Assembly (NCBI GenBank): GCA_039930845.1
Contig: JBDTTA010000001.1
Location: 1,418 to 65,417, forward strand
DNA: 64,000 nucleotides
Direction: 5' to 3'
DNA from: Gemmatimonadales bacterium
Lineage (GTDB): Bacteria; Gemmatimonadota; Gemmatimonadetes; Gemmatimonadales; GWC2-71-9
Positions within the stretch are counted from its first letter, which is position 1, and every line of letters begins with the position of its first letter. The position numbers and the translations under genes are program-made. Shown piece by piece: positions 1-8,820 of this stretch. The notes below the pieces were generated by a model. That model was not told where the DNA came from, ran no database searches, and saw only the letters and a list, made by a program, of their open reading frames with translations.

Positions 1-1365
1 CAGCTCCGCGGCCAGCCAGGCGCGCCACTCGTCCGAGCCGGAGGGTGGGGGGTCGCCGGTCCGCCCCGTCAGCGCACGCCACAGGTCGGCCAGCGTGGCG
101 TCGAACCTGGCCGTGTTCTCCCGCACATCGAGCCGGACGGTGCTGAACCGGAAAGCCTCGACCTCGCGACGCACCGGCCGCACGATGCTCGCGGCGATCT
201 CCGATCGTTCTGCCTCGCAGAGCTCGGTCTCCAGCAGCCTGAGATCGGCCACGAGCGCATCCGCCGATGCATAGTCCGCAGGGCCGGGCCGGCTATCACC
301 CCGTTCGGTGGCGACGATCATCGCGTCCAGACGGCGCAACATGCACACGAGGTACTGCCTGAACACCTCGCCCGGGTTCCGGTTCGCGATCGCCTCCGCC
401 TCACCGGTGACGGCGAGCTCCTTCTCCAGCGCCTGGCGAAAGCGGTCGGACGGCGGCAGCGCCTTTTCGGTGACGCTGAGCGCGCGCATCAACTCGTCGA
501 GCCGCCGCCGATACCGGCGGAGGACGGTCAGGCGATTCTCCAGCAGGGTGCTGCGCGTGACGGCGTTGGTCACGAAGGGATTGCCGTCGCGGTCGCCGCC
601 GACCCACGATCCAAACTGGAAAAACGGTGGCACCACCCACTCCTCCGAGGGGTAGTACTGCGCCAGCACGCGCTCGACCTTCTGGATGAGGTCGGGCACC
701 GCCTCGAAGAGCGTCTCATTGAAGAAGTGAAGTCCCCAGAAGACTTCCTGGGGAACGGTGGGCTTGGTGAGACGCAGCTCCCCCGTCATCCAGAGCAGCT
801 CGATCTCGTTGCGCAGTCCGTCCACGAGGGCCTGCCGCTCGCGGGGGGTCCACCGCGGCGACTCCAGATCCACGAGACGCCGATAGATTCGCCGGTGCTT
901 CTCGAGGACCGTGACGCGCTTGGCTTCGGTGGGGTGTGCGGTAATGACGGGACGGACGCGGAGCACCTCGAACAGCTTCCGGATTTCGGAGGCGGGGACC
1001 CTCGCGGCCGCGGCGCTCGAGATCACGTGGGCGAACGTGCCCCGCAACTGCTCGTATCCCCTCTCCACCTCGATCTGGCGACGCCGGCGCATTGCCGCGT
1101 TCTGTTCGGCGATGGACAGGAGCTGAAACCAGATGCCCTGCACCTGGAGCGTGCGGGCGAGCAGTTCGGGAGTGAGCTCGGCGGGCGTGCGCTCGCCGCG
1201 CAACACCGGCTCGACTTCGGGCATTCGCTTCCGCACGAGATCGAGCAGGAGGCCCGAGAGCAGCTCGACGACTTCGGTGGCGTAGTGCGCCGCACTTGCC
1301 GCGACCGGATCAGGTGATTCCGGCAGGTCCGCCGCGGAAAACGGCTCTAACGCCGCCTGGGTCAC
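1..1365 (-). CDS. ppc: Phosphoenolpyruvate carboxylase, N-terminal ~455 codons (gene continues beyond position 1)
   Basis: Absent from the ORF track because the frame has no stop inside the window. My own minus-strand translation from GTG (1365-1363) gives ...QGIWFQLLSIAEQNAAMRRRR..., VITAHPTEAKR and GSWVGGDRDGNPFVT. The last two are the PEP carboxylase signature motifs. The GTG overlaps the upstream stop (GTGA at 1362-1365). Confidence 0.88.
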   Translation of the reverse strand, partial: MTQAALEPFSAADLPESPDPVAASAAHYATEVVELLSGLLLDLVRKRMPEVEPVLRGERTPAELTPELLARTLQVQGIWFQLLSIAEQNAAMRRRRQIEVERGYEQLRGTFAHVISSAAAARVPASEIRKLFEVLRVRPVITAHPTEAKRVTVLEKHRRIYRRLVDLESPRWTPRERQALVDGLRNEIELLWMTGELRLTKPTVPQEVFWGLHFFNETLFEAVPDLIQKVERVLAQYYPSEEWVVPPFFQFGSWVGGDRDGNPFVTNAVTRSTLLENRLTVLRRYRRRLDELMRALSVTEKALPPSDRFRQALEKELAVTGEAEAIANRNPGEVFRQYLVCMLRRLDAMIVATERGDSRPGPADYASADALVADLRLLETELCEAERSEIAASIVRPVRREVEAFRFSTVRLDVRENTARFDATLADLWRALTGRTGDPPPSGSDEWRAWLAAEL

Positions 1366-2336
1366 ACGACGCGGTCCCGGAGCGGTGAGCCCTTGAAGAA
1401 AAGGCGAAGATTTTCGAGGGCGCGCATTCCCATCGCCACCCGGGTTTCCCGGGTCGCACTGCCGAGATGTGGCAGCAGCACGACGTTCTCCATGGCGAGG
1501 AGGGCGGCCGTGACCTGCGGTTCCTGTTCGAAGACGTCGAGCGCCGCGCCGGCGATCTTCCGCGCGACCAGCGCCTCGACCAGCGCGGCCTCGTCCACAA
1601 CATCGCCGCGCGCCGTGTTGATGAGGTAGGCGTCCGCACGCATCAGGGCGAGCCGCTCCCGGCCCATCAGGTGGCGCGTCTCGGGGGTGGCGGGACAATG
1701 CAGCGAGACGAAGTCCGCCTCCCGGAGCACCTGCTCGATCCGGGCGCGCGGCTCGGCACCGAGGGATGCGGCCACGTCGGCCGACGGCGGATACGGATCG
1801 TGGAAGATGACCTTCATGCCGAAGCCATGGTGCGCACGGCGCGCCACCGCGCGCGCAATTCGCCCCATGCCGATCAACCCGAGCGTTTTCCCGGAGACGT
1901 GGGTGCCGAGCATGTGCGTCGGCCGCCACCCGGTCCACTGGCCGGCGCGAATGTGGCGCTCGCCCTCGCCCGTACGCCGCGCCACCATCAGCAAGAGCGT
2001 GACGGCGAGGTCGGCCGTGGCGTCGGTGAGCACGTCGGGGGTGTTCGAGACCGCAATGCCCCTGGCCCGGGCGGCCTCGGTGTCGATGTGATTGAAGCCG
2101 ACGCCGAAGTTGGCGATGATGCGCGTCCGAAGGGGCTCGACCGAGAGGACGTCGGCGTTCAATCGATCGGTGACCGTGCAGAGCAGCGCGTCGGCGTGTC
2201 GCAGCGCTTCGCGAAGCCCATCGGGACCGAGGGGTCGGTCATCGGTATTGAGCCGGACGTCGAATTCACGGGTGAGTTCCTGCTCTACGGGATCGGGAAG
2301 CCGCCGCGTCACCACGACCGTCGGCCGTGCGCTCAT
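1362..2336 (-). CDS. hprA: D-isomer-specific 2-hydroxyacid dehydrogenase, glyoxylate/hydroxypyruvate reductase type
   Basis: 324-aa ORF with an NAD-binding GxGxxG (GLIGMGRIARAV) and a catalytic-region motif (NTARGDVVDEAAL...PHLGSAT). The hydroxypyruvate reductase role is inferred from serine-cycle neighbours. ATGA overlap with mtkB. Confidence 0.8.
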   Translation of the reverse strand: MSARPTVVVTRRLPDPVEQELTREFDVRLNTDDRPLGPDGLREALRHADALLCTVTDRLNADVLSVEPLRTRIIANFGVGFNHIDTEAARARGIAVSNTPDVLTDATADLAVTLLLMVARRTGEGERHIRAGQWTGWRPTHMLGTHVSGKTLGLIGMGRIARAVARRAHHGFGMKVIFHDPYPPSADVAASLGAEPRARIEQVLREADFVSLHCPATPETRHLMGRERLALMRADAYLINTARGDVVDEAALVEALVARKIAGAALDVFEQEPQVTAALLAMENVVLLPHLGSATRETRVAMGMRALENLRLFFKGSPLRDRVV

Positions 2337-3244
2337 TTCTTCACCATCGTGCGCCGCGGCTTCCTGGCCAGCGCGCCTGCCACCGTCGTGCCGAGCTCGG
2401 CGGGACTCGGCGCCACGACCAGCCCGGCCGACCGCATGATCTCGGCTTTTTCCGCCGCGGTGTCGCCGAACGCGGAGATGATGGCGCCCGCATGCCCCAT
2501 CCGGCGCCCCTTCGGCGCGGTGAGCCCGGCGACGTACCCGATGACCGGTTTCGTCATGTTCTCCTGGACGAACAGCGCCGCCTCGGCCTCCTGCGGTCCG
2601 CCGATCTCGCCGATGATCATCACGGCCTCGGTCTCCGGATCCTCCTCGAAGAGCTTGAGCATGTCCACGAACGAACTGCCGTTGATCGGGTCGCCGCCGA
2701 TGCCGACGCTTGTCGTCTGGCCGATGCCAAGGGCGTGCATCTGCGAGGCCGCTTCGTAACCGAGCGTGCCCGAGCGCGTCACCAACCCGACGGAGCCACG
2801 CGAGTAGATGTGTCCCGGCATGATGCCGAGCATCGCCTTACCGGCGCTGATGACGCCGGCACAGTTGGGGCCGATGAGCGTCGTGCGGCGCTCCTTCGGA
2901 AAGCGCCAGAGATATCGCTTCACCATCATCATGTCCTGCGCGGGGATGCCGTCGGTGATTGTCACGACCAGGCGAACGCCGGCATTGGCCGCTTCCATGA
3001 TCGAGTCGGCACAGAAGGCGGCGGGCACGAAGATGATCGTGGCGGTGGCACCGGTCTCCCGCACGGCGTCCTTGACGGTATTGAAGACCGGCCGGTCGAG
3101 GTGGCGCGTGCCGCCTTTTCCCGGCGTGACGCCGCCAACGACGTTGGTCCCGTACGCGATCGACTCCTTCGCGTGGAAGGTGGCCTTCTCGCCGGTGAAG
3201 CCCTGGAAGACGACGGGCGTCTTTTCGTCTACGAGAATGCTCAT
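2333..3244 (-). CDS. mtkB: Malate--CoA ligase (malate thiokinase) / succinyl-CoA synthetase alpha-type subunit
   Basis: 303 aa. N-terminus [45 protein letters not shown] and phosphohistidine loop MGHAGAII. Resembles my recollection of M. extorquens MtkB. Context is next to mcl and sga. Confidence 0.8.
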   Translation of the reverse strand: MSILVDEKTPVVFQGFTGEKATFHAKESIAYGTNVVGGVTPGKGGTRHLDRPVFNTVKDAVRETGATATIIFVPAAFCADSIMEAANAGVRLVVTITDGIPAQDMMMVKRYLWRFPKERRTTLIGPNCAGVISAGKAMLGIMPGHIYSRGSVGLVTRSGTLGYEAASQMHALGIGQTTSVGIGGDPINGSSFVDMLKLFEEDPETEAVMIIGEIGGPQEAEAALFVQENMTKPVIGYVAGLTAPKGRRMGHAGAIISAFGDTAAEKAEIMRSAGLVVAPSPAELGTTVAGALARKPRRTMVKK

Positions 3245-4440
3245 TGTCCGTTCCCGGCCGAAGCCTTTGCCTTCCGCGAGGTGGGGAGGGCGGCCACGAC
3301 GCGCTCGGCGGCCTCCGCAAGCGTATCCGCGGTGATGATGGGGAGCCCGCTCTCCTTCAGGATCTTTCGCCCTTCCTCGACGTTGGTGCCGGCGAGGCGG
3401 ACGACGAGCGGAATGCCGAGCTGGGTCTCGCGCGTGGCCTGCACCACGCCCTGCGCCACCCAGTCGCAGCGGTTGATGCCGGCGAAGATGTTCACCAGCA
3501 TCGCGTCGATGTTCGGATCGGAAAGCACGAGACGGAAGGCCGCCGCGACGCGGTCCGGGGACGCACCACCACCGACGTCGAGGAAGTTGGCCGGTGAGCC
3601 GCCCGCGTGCTTGATCATGTCCATGGTGGCCATGGCCAGGCCGGCGCCGTTGATGATGCAGCCGATGTTTCCGTCGAGCGCCACGTAGTTCAGGCCGAAC
3701 TCCGCCGCCTGCGCCTCACGCGGATCTTCTTCCGCGTAGTCGCGCAGCTCGCTCACGTTGGGCCGGCGGAACATCGCGTTATCGTCGAAGGTCATCTTGC
3801 AGTCGAGGGCCAGCACCTGCCCGTCGGTCGTGACGACGAGCGGATTGATCTCCACCATCGTGGCGTCGAGATCACGAAAGGCCCGGTAGGCGCCGAGGAG
3901 CGTCGTGACTGCCCGGCTCACCTGCGCCGGCGTCAGCCCGAGGCCGAACGCCACCTCACGGGCCTGGAACGACGTCATCCCTACCGCCGGCTCCACGACC
4001 TCGCGGACGATGGTATCGGGCGAGTTCCGGGCGATCTCCTCGATCTCCATCCCGCCCTGCGCCGAGGCGACGACCATGATCCGCTCACTCTTCCGGTCGA
4101 GCACCAAGCCGAGATAGATCTCCCGCTCGATGGGCACGGCGGCCTCGACGTAGAGCCGGTGGACCACGCGTCCCTCCGGACCGGTCTGGTGCGTCACCAG
4201 CCGCTTGCCGAGCAGCAGCTTGGCGGCCTGGCGCACCTCGTCCTCGTTGGAACAGAGCTTGATGCCGCCGGCCTTGCCGCGCGCGCCCGAGTGGATCTGC
4301 GCCTTCACCGCCCAGCGCGAGCCGCCGATTTCCGACGCGCGGTACACCGCCTGCTCGGGACTGTATGCCACGCCCCCTCGGGGAATCGCGACTCCGAAGC
4401 CGGCGAGCAGCTCTTTGGCCTGGTACTCGTGAATGTCCAT
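3241..4440 (-). CDS. mtkA: Malate--CoA ligase (malate thiokinase) / succinyl-CoA synthetase beta-type subunit
   Basis: 399 aa ATP-grasp protein: [22 protein letters not shown]...[20 protein letters not shown]...[34 protein letters not shown]. Long stretches match my memory of M. extorquens MtkA better than SucC. Confidence 0.8.
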   Translation of the reverse strand: MDIHEYQAKELLAGFGVAIPRGGVAYSPEQAVYRASEIGGSRWAVKAQIHSGARGKAGGIKLCSNEDEVRQAAKLLLGKRLVTHQTGPEGRVVHRLYVEAAVPIEREIYLGLVLDRKSERIMVVASAQGGMEIEEIARNSPDTIVREVVEPAVGMTSFQAREVAFGLGLTPAQVSRAVTTLLGAYRAFRDLDATMVEINPLVVTTDGQVLALDCKMTFDDNAMFRRPNVSELRDYAEEDPREAQAAEFGLNYVALDGNIGCIINGAGLAMATMDMIKHAGGSPANFLDVGGGASPDRVAAAFRLVLSDPNIDAMLVNIFAGINRCDWVAQGVVQATRETQLGIPLVVRLAGTNVEEGRKILKESGLPIITADTLAEAAERVVAALPTSRKAKASAGNGQ

Positions 4441-4502
4441 GGACGAGACTCCGGTGTATGCTGGACCTGGCTCGCAATAGCCAATAGCCCTCGGTCAACG
4501 GC

Positions 4503-5441
4503 CTACTTCATTCCAATGGCCCCAGCCATCTTCACAACATTTTCCGCCATCCGTGCCGAGGCGGCGTCAATCATCTTGCCGTCGAGCTGCGCCGCGCCCT
4601 TCCCCTGGCTCGCCGCCTCGTCGAGCGCTTGGAGAATCCGCTTGGCCCGGTCCACCTCCGCGGGCGGCGGACTGAACACCTCGTTGGCCGGCTCGATCTG
4701 CGACGGATGAATCGCCCACTTGCCCTCGCTACCGAGTGCCGCGGCGCGGCGGGCCGCGGCGCGGTAGCCGTCGGGGTCCTTCAAATCGCCGAAGGGACCG
4801 TCGATGGGGCGGAGGCCATACGCGCGGCAGGCCACGATCATCCGTGAAAGTGCCGCGTGCCACTGATCCCCGGGATAGTCGGGGTTGAGGCCGCCGATAT
4901 TCACCGTGCGCGCACGGCAGCTTGCGGAGTAATCCGCAACGCCGAAATGCATCGCCTCGAGCCGGGGACTCGACTGCGCGATCGCCTCGACGTTCGTCAT
5001 GCCGAGCGCCGTCTCGATCAGCACGTCGATGCCGATCCGGTGCCCGATCCCCTTCGCCGCTTCGATCTGCGTCAGGAGCGCATCGATCATGTAGACGTCC
5101 GATGGCACCCCGACCTTGGGAATCAGCACCGTATCGAGACGGTGGCCGGCCTGTTCGATCACGTCGACGACATCGCGGTACATGTAATGGGTATCGAGCC
5201 CATTGATGCGAACGCAGATGGTCTTTCCGTGCCCGCGCCAATCGTGCTGCAGCAGCGCCGCGACGACGTTCTTTCGCGCCTGCTCCTTCTCCCCCGGCGC
5301 GACGGCATCCTCGAGATCGAGAAACACGTAGTCCGCCGCCCCCGCGAGCGCCTTCGCGAACATCGCCGGCTGGGAGCCGGGCACCGCCAGCTCACTTCGC
5401 TGCAGCCGCTGGCGCGCTGGCTCGTGCCGAGTATGACTCAT
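4503..5441 (-). CDS. mcl: L-malyl-CoA / beta-methylmalyl-CoA lyase (HpcH/CitE-like aldolase family)
   Basis: 312 aa: LQRSELAVPGS...FLDLEDAVAP..KEQARKN...RINGLDTHYMYRDVVD...IPKVGVP..VY...ACRAYGLRPIDGPFGD..DPDGY...GKWAIHPSQI. Near-collinear with the Mcl sequence I recall from M. extorquens. Confidence 0.85.
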   Translation of the reverse strand: MSHTRHEPARQRLQRSELAVPGSQPAMFAKALAGAADYVFLDLEDAVAPGEKEQARKNVVAALLQHDWRGHGKTICVRINGLDTHYMYRDVVDVIEQAGHRLDTVLIPKVGVPSDVYMIDALLTQIEAAKGIGHRIGIDVLIETALGMTNVEAIAQSSPRLEAMHFGVADYSASCRARTVNIGGLNPDYPGDQWHAALSRMIVACRAYGLRPIDGPFGDLKDPDGYRAAARRAAALGSEGKWAIHPSQIEPANEVFSPPPAEVDRAKRILQALDEAASQGKGAAQLDGKMIDAASARMAENVVKMAGAIGMK

Positions 5442-6688
5442 CGCCCGGCGCCGGCGGTGGCCTTCTCCTTCGCCGGTGCCGCTTCGGGCGCGCGCGGCGG
5501 CAGCTCGCGCCCGGGGAGCGGCGCAGCCGTGCGGCGCCAGTACTCCGAGGCCGCGGCCACACCGCTCCCAGGTGTGACGTCGATGCCCGCGTCCCGCATC
5601 GACATCTCGACGCCGGCCAGCGCACCGAGCAGCATCAGCTCGTTGAGATCGCCGAGGTGCCCGATCCGGAAGAGCTTTCCGCCCATGCGGGCCAATCCCG
5701 CGCCGAGGGCCAGGTCGTATCGGCGGTAGGCGATGTCGATCACCACCGCGGCGTTGATGCCCGCGGGCACCATGACCGCGCTCACCGTGTCAGAGTTCCA
5801 CTTCGGGGCCCGCGCACAGAGCTCGAGGCCCCACGCCTTGACCGCCCGGCGGGTGCCTTCCGCAAGCCGGTGGTGCCTCGCGAAGACGTTCTCGAGCCCC
5901 TCCTCCTGAAGGATGGCGAGCGACTCGCGCAGGCCGTACAGCATCGAGAGCGACGGGGTATACGGGAAGTAGCCCGTGGCGTTTGCCTTCCGCATGTCGC
6001 CGAAGTCGAAGAAGACGCGTGGCAGCTTGGCCTGATCGTACAGCGCGAGCGCCTTCGGGCTCACACACACGATGCCGAGCCCCGCCGGCAGCATGAATCC
6101 CTTCTGGGAGCCCGCCACCGCGAGATCGACGCCCCACTCGTCCATCCTGAAATCGATGCTGGCGATCGAGCTCACACCGTCGACCATCAGGAGCGCCGGG
6201 TGCCTGGTATCGTTCAGCGCCTTGCGCATGGCGCCCACATCGCTGGTGACGCCGGTCGCGGTCTCGTTGTGCGTGAAGAGTACCGCCTTGATCTGGTGGT
6301 TCTTGTCGGCGGCGAGCGCGTCCTGGTAGCGCTCGATCGGGGCGCCTTCTCCCCATTCCGCGTCCAGCACGTCCACCGTGAGCCCGAGCCGCTGCGCCAT
6401 GTCGATCCAGAGATGACTGAACATGCCGAATCGCGCGGCGAGCACCCGGTCCCCCGGCGAAAGGGTGTTGGAGAGCGAAGCCTCCCACACGCCGGTCCCG
6501 CTCGCGGGAAAGATGAATGCCTGGCCGGACGTGGTCTTGAACACCTTCTTCAGGTCCTCGAGGACCGGAACCGCCAGCGAAGGGAACGATGAGGAGCGAT
6601 GGTCCTCCATGGCCACGTGCATGGCGCGGAGAACGCGGTCGGGCACGTTGGTAGGGCCCGGGACGAAGAGAAAGTTGCGGCCGGCCAT
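5438..6688 (-). CDS. sga: Serine--glyoxylate aminotransferase (class V aminotransferase)
   Basis: 416 aa: GRNFLFVPGPTNVPDRVLRAM...FPASGTGVWEASLSNTL..GD.VLAARFG.FSHLWIDMAQRLGL...HNETATGVTSD...AGSQKG.MLPAGLG. ATGA overlap with mcl. GAGAGG Shine-Dalgarno sequence lies upstream. Confidence 0.85.
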   Translation of the reverse strand: MAGRNFLFVPGPTNVPDRVLRAMHVAMEDHRSSSFPSLAVPVLEDLKKVFKTTSGQAFIFPASGTGVWEASLSNTLSPGDRVLAARFGMFSHLWIDMAQRLGLTVDVLDAEWGEGAPIERYQDALAADKNHQIKAVLFTHNETATGVTSDVGAMRKALNDTRHPALLMVDGVSSIASIDFRMDEWGVDLAVAGSQKGFMLPAGLGIVCVSPKALALYDQAKLPRVFFDFGDMRKANATGYFPYTPSLSMLYGLRESLAILQEEGLENVFARHHRLAEGTRRAVKAWGLELCARAPKWNSDTVSAVMVPAGINAAVVIDIAYRRYDLALGAGLARMGGKLFRIGHLGDLNELMLLGALAGVEMSMRDAGIDVTPGSGVAAASEYWRRTAAPLPGRELPPRAPEAAPAKEKATAGAGR

Positions 6689-6758
6689 GCGCGAAACCTC
6701 TCGAAAAAAAAGTGGAACACAGGCGAGAGCAGGGTGGCCCCGCCGAGTGATGACTACA

Positions 6759-6786
6759 TTGGAGGCGGTGCGCCCCCACGAATAAT
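6759..6786 (+). promoter_or_regulatory. Candidate sigma70-like promoter for gckA (TTGGAG-16 nt-AATAAT)
   Basis: TTGGAG at 6759-6764 and AATAAT at 6781-6786, in the AT-richest patch of the sga/gckA divergent spacer. Pattern match only. Confidence 0.3.
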
Positions 6787-6800
6787 TATGCGACTTTCCT

Positions 6801-6829
6801 GATATAGCACTTTGTGCTTTTTTTCACAA
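6801..6829 (-). promoter_or_regulatory. Candidate sigma70-like promoter for the sga operon (TTGTGA-17 nt-TATATC on the minus strand)
   Basis: Minus-strand TTGTGA (6829-6824), 17-nt spacer, TATATC (6806-6801). It would give a ~105-nt leader. Pattern match only. Confidence 0.3.
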
Positions 6830-8190
6830 GGTTCCCGACCGTGGCCCAAGACCCCTCCCGATCTGCGCCATTGACCGACGCTGGCCGCCTGCTGGCCGAC
6901 CTCTATCGCGTTGCTACCGAGGCCGTTAACCCGGGGCCTGCGCTGACCACGTCCCTGGGCCGGCTGTCTCCTTTCCCCTCCCGGCCACCCTGGATCCTCG
7001 CCCTCGGCAAGGCGGCGACACCGATGGCAGCGGCTGCCGTCGACGTCCTGGCCGGGCAGGGACTCGGGCCGGCCGGCGGTCTCATCGTCGCGCCGCATGC
7101 CGACCCGTCGGCGCACCCGCGCCTCGAGGTCGTCGCCGGAGACCACCCCGAGCCGGGCCAGGGCTCGCTCGCGGCCGCCGCGGCACTCGCCCGATCTGCC
7201 GACCGGATCGGGGCGGATGACGAGGTGTGGGTCCTCCTCTCGGGTGGCACCACCAGTCTGATCGGGGCGCCGGAGACCGGGATCTCCGCCTCCGACCTCG
7301 CCATGCTCTACGCGCTGCTCCTCGGCTCGGGGCTCGACATCACCGCGATGAATCGCATCCGGAAGCGATTCTCACGGTGGGGCGGTGGAAAACTCGCCCT
7401 TGCCCTCGCGCCCGCGAGGGTACGCACCTTTGTCGTCTCCGACGTCATCGGCGACGATCCGGCATCGATCGGGTCCGGGCCCTGCGTCGCCGATCCGTGC
7501 ACCGCCACGGAGGTGCGCCGGATGCTCGAGGACGCCTCGCTCTGGGATCGCATCCCGGCGGCGGCCCGCGATCTGGTGACGGCGGCTGAAGCGGGGAGAA
7601 GAGCGGAAACGCCGAAGCCCGGCGACGACGCCTTCGCGCGCGTGTCCCTCGAGTTGATCGCCAGCAACCGTCTCGCCGTGGAGGCGGCGGCACGGCACGC
7701 GGCGGCGCTGGGTCTGGTTCCCGTCGTGAACAACGGGCCGCTGGCTGGGGAGGCCGCCGCCGCAGGTGAGCGTCTGGCCACGCGCCTGTTACAAAATTGC
7801 GGCCCGTCCACCTTCCCGCAACCGGAGGAAGCGCCGAGACGAAAGTGTTTCATTCAGGGTGGGGAGACGACGGTGACGCTCGGGGACGAGCCGCACGGAC
7901 TCGGCGGCCGGTGCCAGGAGTTGGCGCTCGCCGCGGCGCGAGTGCTCGAGGGCAACTCGATTGGCGTCGCGCTCCTCGCGGCTGGCACCGATGGGCGTGA
8001 CGGACCAACCGATGCCGCCGGCGCCATCGTGGACGGCCACACCTGGCGCGCCATACGCGCGGCGGGCCGCGACCCGGCGCACGACCTCGCGGCACACGAT
8101 GCCTACCGCGCGCTCGACGCCGCCGATGCCCTGCTCCGTCCCGGCCTCACCGGGACGAACGTGATGGATGTGGTGATCGGGGTGTGCTGA
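6814..8190 (+). CDS. gckA: Glycerate 2-kinase (MOFRL / TtuD-GckA family)
   Basis: 458-aa ORF with DPASIGSGP, GGETTVTL and AAGTDGRDGPTDAAGAIVDG...GLTGTNVMD motifs typical of the DUF4147+MOFRL glycerate kinases. The start is uncertain: GTG 6814 (ORF track) or in-frame TTG 6871. Confidence 0.8.
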   Translation: MLFFTRFPTVAQDPSRSAPLTDAGRLLADLYRVATEAVNPGPALTTSLGRLSPFPSRPPWILALGKAATPMAAAAVDVLAGQGLGPAGGLIVAPHADPSAHPRLEVVAGDHPEPGQGSLAAAAALARSADRIGADDEVWVLLSGGTTSLIGAPETGISASDLAMLYALLLGSGLDITAMNRIRKRFSRWGGGKLALALAPARVRTFVVSDVIGDDPASIGSGPCVADPCTATEVRRMLEDASLWDRIPAAARDLVTAAEAGRRAETPKPGDDAFARVSLELIASNRLAVEAAARHAAALGLVPVVNNGPLAGEAAAAGERLATRLLQNCGPSTFPQPEEAPRRKCFIQGGETTVTLGDEPHGLGGRCQELALAAARVLEGNSIGVALLAAGTDGRDGPTDAAGAIVDGHTWRAIRAAGRDPAHDLAAHDAYRALDAADALLRPGLTGTNVMDVVIGVC

Positions 8191-8193
8191 GAA

Positions 8194-8820
8194 CTACGGG
8201 TGCAGCGGAAGAGTCGGGCGGTAGTCGTTGCCCACGATCACCGTCGCGTCCACCCGACGGAGCGTGTCGAGCTGGATTCTGATTCTGCCGGCGCCGAGGG
8301 CCTCGATAACATCCTTGCCCCGCCCCGGGTCTCCACGGCGAACGGCCACCCGAGTGGTATCGGTGACGCTATCGGCGTTGCCGAAGAACACGACGTCGAT
8401 CCCGTGCTCGCGCAACACCCTCGTCGCGACTCGCGCGAGCCCCTGACGCCGCGTCCCGTTCAGCACCTCCACCGTGATCCGCTCCCGCGCCGTGGGCACA
8501 GCATAGGCGTGCCCCTGGACGCGCTCGCGAGGCGGCGGCCAGAACCGCCAGACCGCGCCACCGACAGCGAGCACGAGGACCGCGCCTATCGCGAGGCTGA
8601 TGGCGAGGCGACGAGACTGTTCCAGAAGCGCACCGTCGGTTCGGGGATGATCCAGCCGGATCGCACCAATCCCGCGACGCGGTCGCGGGCAACCTCCCGA
8701 AGCACCGACCCCGGCTCGGTCGGGTAGTCGCGGGCAAGCGTGGTACGACGCTCGACGTCCCACGGGCGGCCGGGCTCGAGGTAGTCGGCGCAGTACAGAC
8801 TCCTGCCCACCATGTCCCAC
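8194..8820 (-). CDS. LytR_C (LytR cell-envelope-related transcriptional attenuator C-terminal) domain membrane protein
   Basis: One TM helix (AISLAIGAVLVLAVGGAVW), then RITVEVLNGTRRQGLARVATRVLREHGIDVVFFGNAD...VIVGNDYRP. The 5' end is unreliable. The only canonical starts (GTG 8820, GTG 8763) overlap the upstream gene by 178-235 nt. Confidence 0.6.
   Translation of the reverse strand: MGHGGQESVLRRLPRARPPVGRRASYHACPRLPDRAGVGASGGCPRPRRGIGAIRLDHPRTDGALLEQSRRLAISLAIGAVLVLAVGGAVWRFWPPPRERVQGHAYAVPTARERITVEVLNGTRRQGLARVATRVLREHGIDVVFFGNADSVTDTTRVAVRRGDPGRGKDVIEALGAGRIRIQLDTLRRVDATVIVGNDYRPTLPLHP

Noticed and set aside
2333-4440. Alternative reading of the two ligase subunits as ordinary succinyl-CoA synthetase (sucCD).
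   Set aside because: Not fully excluded, and kept as a caveat. Two things favour malate thiokinase: the operon context between malyl-CoA lyase and hydroxypyruvate reductase, and the close resemblance to MtkA/MtkB as I recall them. A phylogeny is needed.
4474-4490. The 13-mer GGGCTATTGGCTA (with CAATAGCC repeats) occurs in the mcl-mtkA spacer (minus strand, 4490-4478) and again at the hisS/proS junction (plus strand, 51431-51443).
   Set aside because: A single shared 13-mer in 128 kb of two-strand sequence is within chance expectation. The orientation relative to transcription differs, and the second copy partly lies in hisS coding sequence.
6689-6813. Riboswitch or leader RNA (glycine, THF, T-box, SAM) in the leaders of sga (6689-6813), trpD (21576-21704), hisS (52742-52793) or folC/accD (54988-55089).
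   Set aside because: I could not find the conserved cores I know (for example GGAGAG...CACCG...GGGGCAA for glycine, or the T-box AGGGUGGNACCGCG). The spacers are too short for these elements. A covariance-model scan would be decisive.
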